Origin: Anaerolineales bacterium
Lineage (GTDB): Bacteria > Chloroflexota > Anaerolineae > Anaerolineales > UBA11858
Direction: 5' to 3'
Length of the DNA: 64,000 bases
Assembly: GCA_028278545.1 (NCBI GenBank)
Contig: JANQED010000138.1
Span: forward strand, 29,237-93,236
Within the stretch, counting starts at the first letter, position 1, and each line of letters opens with the position of its first letter. The translations under genes and the position numbers were made by a program. Of the stretch, positions 38,892 through 48,193 are shown piece by piece. Under the pieces are notes generated by a model. That model saw only the letters and a list, made by a program, of their open reading frames with translations, made no database searches and was not told where the DNA came from.

Positions 38892-39902
38892 ATGTCGAAT
38901 ACATTGAAAATCGTCATCCCCATGGCTGGCTTCGGCAAGCGGCTGCGACCTCACACCTGGAGCCGCCCTAAGCAGTTGATCAGCCTGGCCGGGAAAAGCG
39001 TGCTTGCCCATCTACTGGACATGTTCTCCACCCTACCCGATCCTGCCAATGTCGAATTCATCTTCATTGTAGGATATCTTGGGGATAAAGTGGAACGCTA
39101 CATGGACGAACACCATCCCGAGTTCAAAGTGCGTTATGTGCTGCAAGAAGAGATGCGCGGTCAATCCCACGCCATTTACCTGACCAAAGAATATCTAGAG
39201 GGCCCGATGTTAATGGTCTTCGCCGATACACTCATCGAGACAGACCTATCTTTTTTAGCGGAAGAAAAGGCTGACATGGTGGCCTGGGTGAAACCCGTCT
39301 CCGATCCACGTCGTTTCGGGGTTACCGAGGTCGGCGAGGACGGCTGGGTAACCCGTTTGATCGAAAAACCCAAAGATGTATCCAACAACCTTGCTGTGGT
39401 GGGGTTCTATTACTTCAAAGATTCCACGGCCCTGCTGGCTGCTATCGAAGAACAGATGCAACAGGGCCGCCAGCTCAAGGGAGAGTTTTATCTGGCCGAT
39501 GCCATCAACATCTTGCTGGAAAACGGGGCCAAAATGCGCACAGAACGGGTACAGATCTGGCTTGATGCCGGGACCCCCGCGGCGGTATTGGAGACCAATC
39601 GTTATCTGCTGAAGCATGGCCATGACAATACGGCCGAGGTTGGCCGCGAGGACAATATCACGGTGATCCCGCCGGTGTTCGTGCACCCGACTGCGATCAT
39701 CGAAGCCTCGGTGATCGGCCCTCACGCTTCCATTGGCGCGGACTGCACCGTCAAAAACAGCGTCGTCCGAGATTCGATTCTCGAAAAAGGTGCCAAGATT
39801 AACGAGATCATCCTGGAAAGCTCGCTGATTGGCGAAAACTCAAGGGTAGATGGAGGCGCGGAACGCCTGAATCTGGGCGATAACTCGGAGGTGAAAATAT
39901 GA
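38892..39902 (+). CDS. Sugar-phosphate nucleotidyltransferase with C-terminal left-handed beta-helix
   Basis: KIVIPMAGFGKRLRP (GxGxRL) motif and C-terminal hexapeptide-like repeats. TATAAT at 38857-38862 upstream. Confidence 0.8.
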   Translation: MSNTLKIVIPMAGFGKRLRPHTWSRPKQLISLAGKSVLAHLLDMFSTLPDPANVEFIFIVGYLGDKVERYMDEHHPEFKVRYVLQEEMRGQSHAIYLTKEYLEGPMLMVFADTLIETDLSFLAEEKADMVAWVKPVSDPRRFGVTEVGEDGWVTRLIEKPKDVSNNLAVVGFYYFKDSTALLAAIEEQMQQGRQLKGEFYLADAINILLENGAKMRTERVQIWLDAGTPAAVLETNRYLLKHGHDNTAEVGREDNITVIPPVFVHPTAIIEASVIGPHASIGADCTVKNSVVRDSILEKGAKINEIILESSLIGENSRVDGGAERLNLGDNSEVKI

Positions 39903-40162
39903 CCGCGGACAGCAAACTACCGGTGGACATCCGCTATCAATCACCGGTGATCGGTGGTCAGGTTCAATGTCATTCAGGTTATGAGTACGCCCAACGTCCA
40001 GTGACTTTCCTCTGGGGAGGTGCACGCGTAGAAGTGGAAGAGATTATCGCCGGTTGGCGTGATCCCAATGGAAAACGTTTCCGTGTCCGCACCGCAAGCA
40101 ATGAATTGTTCGAACTCCATTACAATCAAGCCGAAGATCAATGGAGTGTTCAAAAGAAATAA
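39899..40162 (+). CDS. Hypothetical small protein, translationally coupled between the nucleotidyltransferase gene and gatB
   Basis: 87 aa. ATGA overlap upstream. Its stop is immediately followed by the gatB ATG at 40163. Confidence 0.5.
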   Translation: MTADSKLPVDIRYQSPVIGGQVQCHSGYEYAQRPVTFLWGGARVEVEEIIAGWRDPNGKRFRVRTASNELFELHYNQAEDQWSVQKK

Positions 40163-41614
40163 ATGTATGAACCCATCATAGGCCTGGAAGTCCACGCCGA
40201 AATAGCCACGCACTCGAAGATGTTCTGCGGCTGCCCGGTCGTTGATCTTACTGAGGCCGAGCCGAACAGCGCCGTATGCCCCGTTTGTGCGGGAATGCCG
40301 GGCACATTACCAGTCGTCAACCAACGGGCTGTGGAATACGGTCTGCGGGTGGCGTTGGCTCTGGAGTGCGAGATCGCCCCAGTGAGCATCTTCGCTCGCA
40401 AGAACTATTTTTATCCCGATCTCCCCAAAGGCTACCAGATATCCCAATACAAACAACCCCTGGCGCGCAGCGGTCTGCTGAACATTCGCACCGCGGACAG
40501 CGAACGTCAAGTGCAGATACGGCGCGTCCACCTGGAGGAAGATACCGGCAAACTGACCCACAGCGATGACGACACAAGCCCATACAGCTTAGTTGACCTG
40601 AACCGAGCTGGCGTACCGCTTTTGGAGATCGTCTCTGAACCCGATCTGCGTTCTGCCGAGGAAGCGCGTCTGTATGGAGAAGCGCTGCGAAACCTGCTGC
40701 GCTACCTGGGGGTGAACTCTGGGAACATGCAAAAAGGGGTGCTGCGCTTCGAGGCTAACGTATCGGTGCGGCCATTCGGCGAGGAGGGATTCAGAACCCG
40801 CACCGAAATCAAAAACCTGAACAGCTTCCGCGCCCTGGAGAGGTCCTTATCTTACGAGATCGAACGTCAGAGTGAGCTGCACGGCGTGGGAAAGCCCGTT
40901 GTCCAACAAACCATGGGGTGGGATGAGCGCCGGGAGATCACCGTGCCCCAGCGAGGGAAAGAGGAAGAGGACGATTATCGCTACTTCCCTGAGCCAGACC
41001 TGCCTCCGCTGGTCATCAATGAGAAATGGATCGACGAAATTCGCCTCAATCTGCCAGAACTGCCCCAGGCCAAGTTCCAGCGTTTCCAGGCAGAGTACGA
41101 GTTGGGTGCATACGATGCGGATATCTTGGTGGCCGAAAAGGGAGTGGCCGATTTCTTTGAAGCCCTCATAAAAGCAGCGCCAAAAGTAAGCCCGAAACTG
41201 GCTGCGAATTGGGTGACCGGGGAACTCTTCGGGCTGATGAACCAGGCCGGGGCAGGCCTCAGCAGCCTCAAAGTGAGTCCGCAGGCCCTGGCCGGGTTGC
41301 TAGATATGCTGGTGGATGGGAATATCAATACGCCCACAGCGAAAACCGTCCTGGCGGAAATGTTCGAAAGCGGCCAATCCCCAGAAGCAATCGTGGAGGC
41401 CAAAGGGCTGAGTCAAATCTCAGATGCAGATCATATCGCCAATACGGTTTCCCAGATATTGGATGAGAACCCCGAACAAGTTTCCAAATACCTGGGAGGC
41501 AAAGAGAGCCTCGCAAACTGGTTCTTTGGGCAGGTGATGAGAGCCACCAAGGGAAAAGCCAATCCCCAGGTGGTAAAAAATGAACTCGCAAGACAATTAT
41601 CTTCGAGAAGCTGA
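40163..41614 (+). CDS. gatB: Asp/Glu-tRNA amidotransferase subunit B
   Basis: MYEPIIGLEVHAEIATHSKMFCGC..., 483 aa, canonical GatB. Confidence 0.96.
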   Translation: MYEPIIGLEVHAEIATHSKMFCGCPVVDLTEAEPNSAVCPVCAGMPGTLPVVNQRAVEYGLRVALALECEIAPVSIFARKNYFYPDLPKGYQISQYKQPLARSGLLNIRTADSERQVQIRRVHLEEDTGKLTHSDDDTSPYSLVDLNRAGVPLLEIVSEPDLRSAEEARLYGEALRNLLRYLGVNSGNMQKGVLRFEANVSVRPFGEEGFRTRTEIKNLNSFRALERSLSYEIERQSELHGVGKPVVQQTMGWDERREITVPQRGKEEEDDYRYFPEPDLPPLVINEKWIDEIRLNLPELPQAKFQRFQAEYELGAYDADILVAEKGVADFFEALIKAAPKVSPKLAANWVTGELFGLMNQAGAGLSSLKVSPQALAGLLDMLVDGNINTPTAKTVLAEMFESGQSPEAIVEAKGLSQISDADHIANTVSQILDENPEQVSKYLGGKESLANWFFGQVMRATKGKANPQVVKNELARQLSSRS

Positions 41615-41764
41615 GTGGGAATTTATTCACCCGTGGGAAGTCTGAAAGTCACTTGACGGTGTGTTATGCCTCTGCTACGCTAGTTGCGGATGCTGGCCAA
41701 GCCAGAAGAGACAAAACCATGCGTGTTTTAGTCCAAAATCCTTATTCTGAATAGCACCACACCT

Positions 41765-41788
41765 CGCGGGCACCACGCAGTGCCCGCG
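41765..41788 (+). other. GC-rich hairpin between gatB and gdh
   Basis: CGCGGGCAC (41765-41773), 6-nt loop, GTGCCCGCG (41780-41788). Only a weak T-rich tail follows. Confidence 0.45.
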
Positions 41789-41832
41789 TATTGTTCTATA
41801 AACTTCAAACTCTTGGTAGGAGATACACCAGA

Positions 41833-43116
41833 ATGACAGAACAGATCAATGCTTTCGAGATGGCACAGGCTCAATTCGACAGCGTCGCCGCGATGCTCAA
41901 CCTGGATCCCCAGGCCGCGGCGATGCTGCGCTGGCCAACCCGCGAGTTCCGTTTTCAGATTCCCGTGAGGATGGATGATGGTTCCATCAGGGTTTTCTTC
42001 GGCTACCGGGTGCAGCACAGTGATGTGCGCGGCCCCTCCAAGGGCGGTATTCGTTTCCACCCCTCTGAAACATTGGACACCGTTCGTGCCCTGGCGATGT
42101 GGATGACCTGGAAAACGGCTGTGGCGGATATCCCTCTAGGGGGAGGCAAAGGGGGCGTGGCTGTGGACTCCGCCTCCCTTTCCATCAACGAACAAGAACG
42201 TCTTTGCCGCGGCTGGATCCAACAAATCTACCGCAATGTCGGGCCCCGCCAGGATGTCCCCGCCCCGGATGTGGGCACCAACCCGCGCATGATGGGCTGG
42301 ATGATGGATGAATATTCGAGGTTAGTCGGTGAATACACCCCCGGTGTGATCACCGGTAAACCGGTTGGCGGTGGGGGTTCATTAGGCCGTACCGAGGCGA
42401 CTGGCTTCGGTGTGGTGTACACCATTCGGGAGGCGATGAAACACCTCGACATCGCTCCAGAGAACGCGGTAACCGCCATCCAGGGCTTTGGCAACGTGGC
42501 TCAATACGCGGCCATCGAATTCGTTGACATGGGCGGCAAAGTCGTCTGCGTCTCTTATTGGGACCGTGACGACCAAAAGGCCTACACCGTCAGCCGCGAT
42601 GAGGGTGTTGACCCCCATTTTTTGCAATCCATCACCGACGTTTATGGCACCATCGACAAAGAAAAAGCTCAGGATTCAGGCTATGTCATCGAAGACGAGG
42701 AAGCCTGGATTACGAAAGAGGCCGATATCCTGATCCCCTCCGCTCTGGAAGGGCAAATCAACGCCGAGACGGTGCAGACGATCAGTGATCGCGTCAAGAT
42801 CGTCGCCGAGGGTGCCAACGGGCCAACCACACCGGAAGCCGATACGGCGCTCAAAGAACGCGGCGTGTTCAACATCCCCGATTTTTTGTGCAATGCGGGT
42901 GGCGTTACGGTCTCATACTTCGAAGGCGTTCAAAACGATATGAACTTCTACTGGAGCCACGACGAAGTGCTCAGCAGATTAGACGACAAGATGACCAAGG
43001 CTTTTCACGACGTGTTGGAAATGTCTGAGCGCGAAAACGTGTATATGCGGGATGCAGCCTACATGGTCGCTATCGAGAAGGTCGTCAAAGCGATGGAATT
43101 GAGGGGCTGGTTGTAA
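41833..43116 (+). CDS. gdh: Glutamate dehydrogenase (Glu/Leu/Phe/Val dehydrogenase family)
   Basis: GPSKGGIRFHP, PLGGGKGG catalytic-Lys region. Start moved to ATG 41833. Confidence 0.93.
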   Translation: MTEQINAFEMAQAQFDSVAAMLNLDPQAAAMLRWPTREFRFQIPVRMDDGSIRVFFGYRVQHSDVRGPSKGGIRFHPSETLDTVRALAMWMTWKTAVADIPLGGGKGGVAVDSASLSINEQERLCRGWIQQIYRNVGPRQDVPAPDVGTNPRMMGWMMDEYSRLVGEYTPGVITGKPVGGGGSLGRTEATGFGVVYTIREAMKHLDIAPENAVTAIQGFGNVAQYAAIEFVDMGGKVVCVSYWDRDDQKAYTVSRDEGVDPHFLQSITDVYGTIDKEKAQDSGYVIEDEEAWITKEADILIPSALEGQINAETVQTISDRVKIVAEGANGPTTPEADTALKERGVFNIPDFLCNAGGVTVSYFEGVQNDMNFYWSHDEVLSRLDDKMTKAFHDVLEMSERENVYMRDAAYMVAIEKVVKAMELRGWL

Positions 43117-43144
43117 TTCCTCCCTCGGTCTAAGAATCTTAGCT

Positions 43145-43178
43145 CCTGCGGCGTACTATAGTGCGCCGCAGGTTTTTT
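43145..43178 (+). terminator. Intrinsic terminator after gdh
   Basis: CCTGCGGCG (43145-43153) pairs with CGCCGCAGG (43164-43172), followed by TTTTTT. Confidence 0.8.
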
Positions 43179-43261
43179 AACCGGTTGCGCTCGCCATCAA
43201 AATCTTATACAATCTGAGTGGTTCAAGATGTCGTGATGAACCGATAAGAGATCATATACAG

Positions 43262-43462
43262 ATGACGCTCTCTCCCGAAACGGTGCGTTTACTAATTATT
43301 GGTTGCATGTTCAGCATGACGGTGCTGGCGGTGTTCTACCTCCGCCGCCGGGAGCTCTCACCAATGGCGTTTGTTGCCTGGGGGTTATTGGCATTAATCC
43401 TGCCTGTGATTGGCCCATTTTTAGTGATCTGGTTGCAACCCGGGGAAAAGCGCACCACCTAA
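43262..43462 (+). CDS. Small two-TM membrane protein
   Basis: 66 aa, two hydrophobic helices. No family assigned. Confidence 0.45.
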   Translation: MTLSPETVRLLIIGCMFSMTVLAVFYLRRRELSPMAFVAWGLLALILPVIGPFLVIWLQPGEKRTT

Positions 43463-43536
43463 CCTTCAGCAAACCATCACGCCGATGATATGGGAAGCAC
43501 AGCCTTTGCCTATCCCAGCCTGAAAGGATACTTCTG

Positions 43537-43986
43537 ATGAAACAAGATCGTATGCTCATCGCAATACTGGTAGTCATCCTCATATTGATTGGGGTATCTT
43601 TGACCTTGTTCTTCTTGCGCCGCGGAGATGTGGCCTACGGGCCGGACGATTCCCCTGATGGTGTGGTGCGCAACTATGTGCTGGCACTGCACAAAGAGGA
43701 CTACCCACGCGCTTATGGCTACCTCCAAGATGCCGATAACAAACCCAGCTTGACTGAATTCCGGGGTGAATTCATAGGGTTAAGCTGGAATATCCAAAAC
43801 TCCGGGTTGCAGATCGGCGCGACCGAGGTTTCAGGGGACGAGGCCGTGGTGAGATTGACCATCATCCACGGGGGATCAGAACCTTTCAACAGTTCCTGGC
43901 GTGAGAACAGCGACGCCTGGCTGACCTTGCAGGAAGGGGAGTGGAAACTCACTTATCTGCCATCCCCCTATTGGGGTTGGGAATAG
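43537..43986 (+). CDS. Hypothetical N-terminally anchored protein
   Basis: 149 aa. TM helix MLIAILVVILILIGVSLTLFFL followed by a globular domain. Confidence 0.5.
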   Translation: MKQDRMLIAILVVILILIGVSLTLFFLRRGDVAYGPDDSPDGVVRNYVLALHKEDYPRAYGYLQDADNKPSLTEFRGEFIGLSWNIQNSGLQIGATEVSGDEAVVRLTIIHGGSEPFNSSWRENSDAWLTLQEGEWKLTYLPSPYWGWE

Positions 43987-44007
43987 TATACCGAATAGGA
44001 GGATCCC

Positions 44008-45939
44008 GTGCAAACCATCCGCCGTTTATACCGCTACCTTGTCGCGTTTATCAGTCTGGAAGTCGTACTTTGGGGGTTGATTGAGTTAGTCAGAACGATG
44101 TTTTCGGACGAAGTCATCGGTGAGGGCGTCAGCCAATTGGCGGGGGGGCTGTCGCTGCTCCTGGTCGGGATTCCCGTCTTCCTGCTTCACTGGCTCCCTG
44201 CTCAGAGGAGTGCAACGAAGGATGAAGAAGAGCGTTCCAGCCGCATTCGAGCGATTTTCCTCTATGGCGCGCTGCTGGCCACCTTGATCCCCATCGCCCA
44301 GAATGTATTAGCGCTGATCAACCGCCTTTGGCTGCAACTCTTCCGACTGCCTCTCGATCAGGCTATTTTAGGGGGGGCACAAAACTGGATCGAAAATCTC
44401 ATCGCCATTGTGATGAACAGCCTGATCGCCGGCTATATCTACTATGTGATCCGCAATAATTGGGAAGAGCCCCCAACCGGGGACTCCTTCCCTGAAACAC
44501 GCCGCCTGTATCGCTATATCTGGGTGCTCTACTTCCTGGCGATGTTGGTCGGTGGGTTCACACTGGTTCTGCAATACACCCTCACCATTGGGGAAACCCT
44601 GGGCAGCGGTCCTCAAGCCAGGCTGGCGAACGGGCTTGCGCTGCTGATCGTTGGCGCTCCCTTATGGGCCGTGACCTGGCTGCGAGTTCAGGCCACCCTT
44701 GACCAGCCTGATGAGCGAAGGTCAATTCTGCGCCTGGTGGTCCTTTATCTGCTCAGCTTAATCGGGGTTGGGGGCGTGCTCCTCCCTGCTGGCATAGTAC
44801 TCGATGCGATTTTACGCGCATCCTTAGGGGAGAATCTGCCCCTATCTGGTTTCCTCAACGAAATCAGCATCCCGGTTTCAGCCCTCATCCCCTTAGGGGG
44901 AGTGTGGTTCTATTACGGACGCACCTTATCGACTGAGATCGCATTGCTGCCCGAATCTCCGCGACGCTCCGGCTTGCGCAGGACATATTTCTATATCTTG
45001 GGGTTCTTCGGGTTAGCCGCTTTCGTAATGGGGCTGCACATGCTGTTGGGATTCCTGATCGACCTGCTCCTGGGCACCTCCACCATCGGCGATGTAACGC
45101 TGCGCAATCGGCTAACAGCCGCTTTAGCAACCCTGATTGTGGGCCTGCCGCTGTGGATGCAGACCTGGCGCCCCATGGTCAAAGAAGCCTCCCAAGAAGG
45201 TGAAGCCGGCGACCATGCCCGGCGCTCGCTCGTCCGCAAAATCTATCTTTATCTGGTGCTTTTTGCCAGTGTGATTGGGGTGATGGTCGCTGCCGGGGGG
45301 TTGATCTTCGAGTTGTTAAAAGCGTTGTTAGGCGACCCGGCCACAGACTTGTTGCGCAAAGCTTTGATGCTGCTGGAGATGCTGATTCTCTTCTCGCTGG
45401 TCTTGGCTTATCATTGGAATGCCCTGCGGATCGACAGCCATCTAGCTGCGCGCGCTCTGGCTGAGCGCCACGCCGCTTACCCCGTCTTGGTACTGGCCTC
45501 CGAGATCGGTGAGTTCACTGAAAGCATCATCAATGCCCTGCAACGCGAAGCCGCATCCCTGCCGGTTGCCGTTCACCTGGCGGAGAACGGCGCTCCCGAC
45601 GCAACCCTATCCGAGGCCAAGGCCGTTGTCCTTCCTGGCGAACTGAGCGTATCGCCCCCTGAGGCGTTGCGCTTGTGGCTTAAGGATTTCGACGGCGAGA
45701 GCGTGGTCGCCCCCACCCCCATGGAGCGCTGGCACTGGGTCTACGGTAGTGGGCGTGAACTTCCCAGAGTAGCCCGCCAAACCGCTAAGATCATCCGTCA
45801 CCTGGCCGAAGGGGAAGACCTGCCGGGACCGGCTGACGCATCTACCTGGCGCATTGTGCTTTATGTTTTGGCGGGGATGATCGGCCTCCCCCTGACCTTG
45901 GGCCTGATCGGGATGCTGTTGTCTTTCGTATCTGACTAG
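44008..45939 (+). CDS. Large polytopic membrane protein built from five repeated two-helix modules (DUF5671-like)
   Basis: 643 aa, GTG start. Recurring R-R-x-Y-x-Y-(hydrophobic helix) modules: IRRLYRYLVAF, TRRLYRYIWVLYF, ERRSILRLVVLYL, LRRTYFYILGFF, RRSLVRKIYLYLVLF. Confidence 0.65.
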   Translation: MQTIRRLYRYLVAFISLEVVLWGLIELVRTMFSDEVIGEGVSQLAGGLSLLLVGIPVFLLHWLPAQRSATKDEEERSSRIRAIFLYGALLATLIPIAQNVLALINRLWLQLFRLPLDQAILGGAQNWIENLIAIVMNSLIAGYIYYVIRNNWEEPPTGDSFPETRRLYRYIWVLYFLAMLVGGFTLVLQYTLTIGETLGSGPQARLANGLALLIVGAPLWAVTWLRVQATLDQPDERRSILRLVVLYLLSLIGVGGVLLPAGIVLDAILRASLGENLPLSGFLNEISIPVSALIPLGGVWFYYGRTLSTEIALLPESPRRSGLRRTYFYILGFFGLAAFVMGLHMLLGFLIDLLLGTSTIGDVTLRNRLTAALATLIVGLPLWMQTWRPMVKEASQEGEAGDHARRSLVRKIYLYLVLFASVIGVMVAAGGLIFELLKALLGDPATDLLRKALMLLEMLILFSLVLAYHWNALRIDSHLAARALAERHAAYPVLVLASEIGEFTESIINALQREAASLPVAVHLAENGAPDATLSEAKAVVLPGELSVSPPEALRLWLKDFDGESVVAPTPMERWHWVYGSGRELPRVARQTAKIIRHLAEGEDLPGPADASTWRIVLYVLAGMIGLPLTLGLIGMLLSFVSD

Positions 45940-45950
45940 AAAGACAAAAC

Positions 45951-46703
45951 CTAGGATAGAATTTTATCCAGATCGTAATTCCCGCTATTGAATTCTACAA
46001 GTCTAACCCAATCTATAGAACCGTCATTAGTACAGAATTTTTCAATAAATTCTCTAGTAAATTTGTTCTCAACCCGTGACTTTTCATTATCGAATGTTTC
46101 ATTGTGCTCTCTGGTGCGATAGCCAATAGGTTCAACGATATCAGTATACAAATTCTCGTTTTCGCTGATCAAGTACCAGAAGTCCCGACCAACCACTTGT
46201 AGGTAACCACGAAGATAATTTGTTCGTGGTTTTCCATAGCAAATACCCAGAACGGGCTGAACGTTTTTTCCATGTTGTGATTGTTTAAGGCGAATTACCG
46301 CATTACGCAAATCGTCCGCAAGTTTATTTTGCTGAGAACTGTTTCTCCACTTTGTCCCAGACATTACAGAAACGATGTAAAGGGCCCCCTTTTTCTCAAA
46401 CTCGATGTCAACTCCAGAAGTTGTCGATTCGCGACCATCAAATGTTTGACTTACCACAAATAGTACCAGGTCTTTTAGAAAGTCAGAATATATTTTGTCT
46501 TCGGCCTGTGAAAGGGAAACATCCAGAAGCCTATTTATCAACTCACCCACACCAAAAATTCTCTCTGTCCTGAGCAGATAAGAGTCCATAGCAAGAAGTT
46601 GCGAAAGGGTCTGGCTTTGCAATGATTTAAGCCTGCTTTCATGTAAACTGGAAATCCCATTTTTCACAAAAGCACTAGTATGGTCAAAGGAAAGTGTTCT
46701 CAT
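45951..46703 (-). CDS. Putative PD-(D/E)xK restriction-endonuclease-like protein (family not resolved)
   Basis: 250 aa from ATG 46703 (GGAGGA RBS; ORF-track start is 46730). Core sequence SGVDIEFEKKGALYIVSVMSGTKWRNSSQQNK. AT-rich island. Confidence 0.45.
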   Translation of the reverse strand: MRTLSFDHTSAFVKNGISSLHESRLKSLQSQTLSQLLAMDSYLLRTERIFGVGELINRLLDVSLSQAEDKIYSDFLKDLVLFVVSQTFDGRESTTSGVDIEFEKKGALYIVSVMSGTKWRNSSQQNKLADDLRNAVIRLKQSQHGKNVQPVLGICYGKPRTNYLRGYLQVVGRDFWYLISENENLYTDIVEPIGYRTREHNETFDNEKSRVENKFTREFIEKFCTNDGSIDWVRLVEFNSGNYDLDKILS

Positions 46704-46760
46704 CAGAATCCTCCGAAAAACTATTTTCACCTGTTAAACCGCTTCACTAAATATTGGGGC

Positions 46761-46791
46761 TATACCTTAGCAAACGTTCGTTAAAGGTATA
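46761..46791. promoter_or_regulatory. Inverted repeat overlapping a TATAAT box in the divergent island promoter region
   Basis: TATACCTT (46761-46768), 15-nt spacer, AAGGTATA (46784-46791). TATAAT at 46788-46793. Confidence 0.35.
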
Positions 46792-46830
46792 ATAAATTGC
46801 ATCTCTCTCACCTTAACCTGCTAAAGAGAA

Positions 46831-48027
46831 TTGACTGTGCCAAGAAGAAAAAAGAAGGACAATTTTTCACAAAGATTGATAAATCTTATCTCTGAACCAG
46901 AGTTTATTAAATTTGAGAACATTTTGGGAGAACCCAATTTCTTCAAGATCGTCGGAAGGTCTCATTTTGAACGTTGGCATTCGGCCTTCTTCGGGTGGCT
47001 TTTAGACGCTCAGGGTTCGCATTTACTGTCTGATTACGTACTGCGCCGCTTTCTTATGTTACTCCTTGATGTGGAATGCCTAAACGCCATAAATTCTTCA
47101 GAGGAATTTCTTATAAATACCTTGCCTATTGTAGAATTTTCAGATATCCAAGTTTTTCCAAACGAAAACAGTTCGTCCGAAACCAGTGTTGCTGGAGTTG
47201 GCAGATTCGATGTGTTTTTAACTGCTAACTTCATTGACAACGACGGCAACAGCGGTGATTTAAATATTATTTTCGAATTCAAGATCGACTCCAAACCGAA
47301 CGCCGAGCAATCAGAGAAGTATGCTAATTGGCTTTTCACAAATCATCCTGGAGATGAAAATTTCTTGATATATGTATTACCAGAACTATTACTCGATGCA
47401 AAGTCAACAGTTGGTGATGATAGGTGGCACTGTTTAAATTACCAATTATTGAATGACAAACTTCTTGTTCCAATTCTGAGTCATCCCAATTTAAATGAGA
47501 AAGCAAAGCCTTTCATAATTCAATATGTTAAGAATCTTCAAATCCGTTATAAAGGAATCAAAATGGCAATAACAGATGAAGAAAAACGGTTAGCTTTGAC
47601 CCTATATGAGAAATACAGCGATGTTTTTGATTCCATCTATGATGCGCTCGTCTCAGTCGGGGCTATAGATTCCAGCACGTCTGGCGTTGTAGAAAGTAAA
47701 GGTCGGGAAACAGGACGTTTAGCAGTAAAAGTGGGCAAGAAAGTCTTTTCAAACGAAACCGTGAGGCTCCTGTTTGAAAACATCCTTAGATATATTGTTG
47801 ATAATGATTTTATAGTTAAGTTGCCTTTGCCTTGGGGATCAAGCAAGACCCGTTATATTGTAACTAATGAAGATCCTCCTATTCACCCAAATGGTAGAGC
47901 TTTCTTCTATCCTGTCTCTTACAATGGATATACGATTGAAAGTCACTATCCCCGGGACAGAGCACTAAAAGTTCTTAGTGATTTGTGTAAGAAGCTAGAA
48001 ATAGAGTTTGAAGCAATAGAAACTTAG
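46831..48027 (+). CDS. PDDEXK_4-type (PF14281-like) PD-(D/E)xK nuclease-superfamily protein with an unassigned C-terminal domain
   Basis: 398 aa, TTG start (alternative GTG at 46837). NFFKIVGRSHFERWHSAFFGWLLD and GRFDVFL...LNIIFEFKIDSKPNAEQSEKY motifs. Confidence 0.65.
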   Translation: MTVPRRKKKDNFSQRLINLISEPEFIKFENILGEPNFFKIVGRSHFERWHSAFFGWLLDAQGSHLLSDYVLRRFLMLLLDVECLNAINSSEEFLINTLPIVEFSDIQVFPNENSSSETSVAGVGRFDVFLTANFIDNDGNSGDLNIIFEFKIDSKPNAEQSEKYANWLFTNHPGDENFLIYVLPELLLDAKSTVGDDRWHCLNYQLLNDKLLVPILSHPNLNEKAKPFIIQYVKNLQIRYKGIKMAITDEEKRLALTLYEKYSDVFDSIYDALVSVGAIDSSTSGVVESKGRETGRLAVKVGKKVFSNETVRLLFENILRYIVDNDFIVKLPLPWGSSKTRYIVTNEDPPIHPNGRAFFYPVSYNGYTIESHYPRDRALKVLSDLCKKLEIEFEAIET

Positions 48028-48193
48028 AATTAAAAGTGGGGATGTATTTTCATTGAAAGACTTCACATAAACCATTTCCTTAAATTGTGCAATGAACGTT
48101 TGTTCTATTGTACCCCATCTTGTCTCATTTTATGTGACCGCGACGACAATACAGGCTAATTACCCAAAGAATATACCAAAGACATTTGTCATT

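Noticed and set aside
48094-48102. GAACGTTTG downstream of island gene B matches the reverse complement of CAAACGTTC (46771-46779) in the divergent promoter spacer; the match extends to 12 of 14 nt
   Set aside because: My rough estimate is a chance probability of order 0.1-0.2 for a 9-mer match between two short AT-rich segments. That is not enough to call a second operator.
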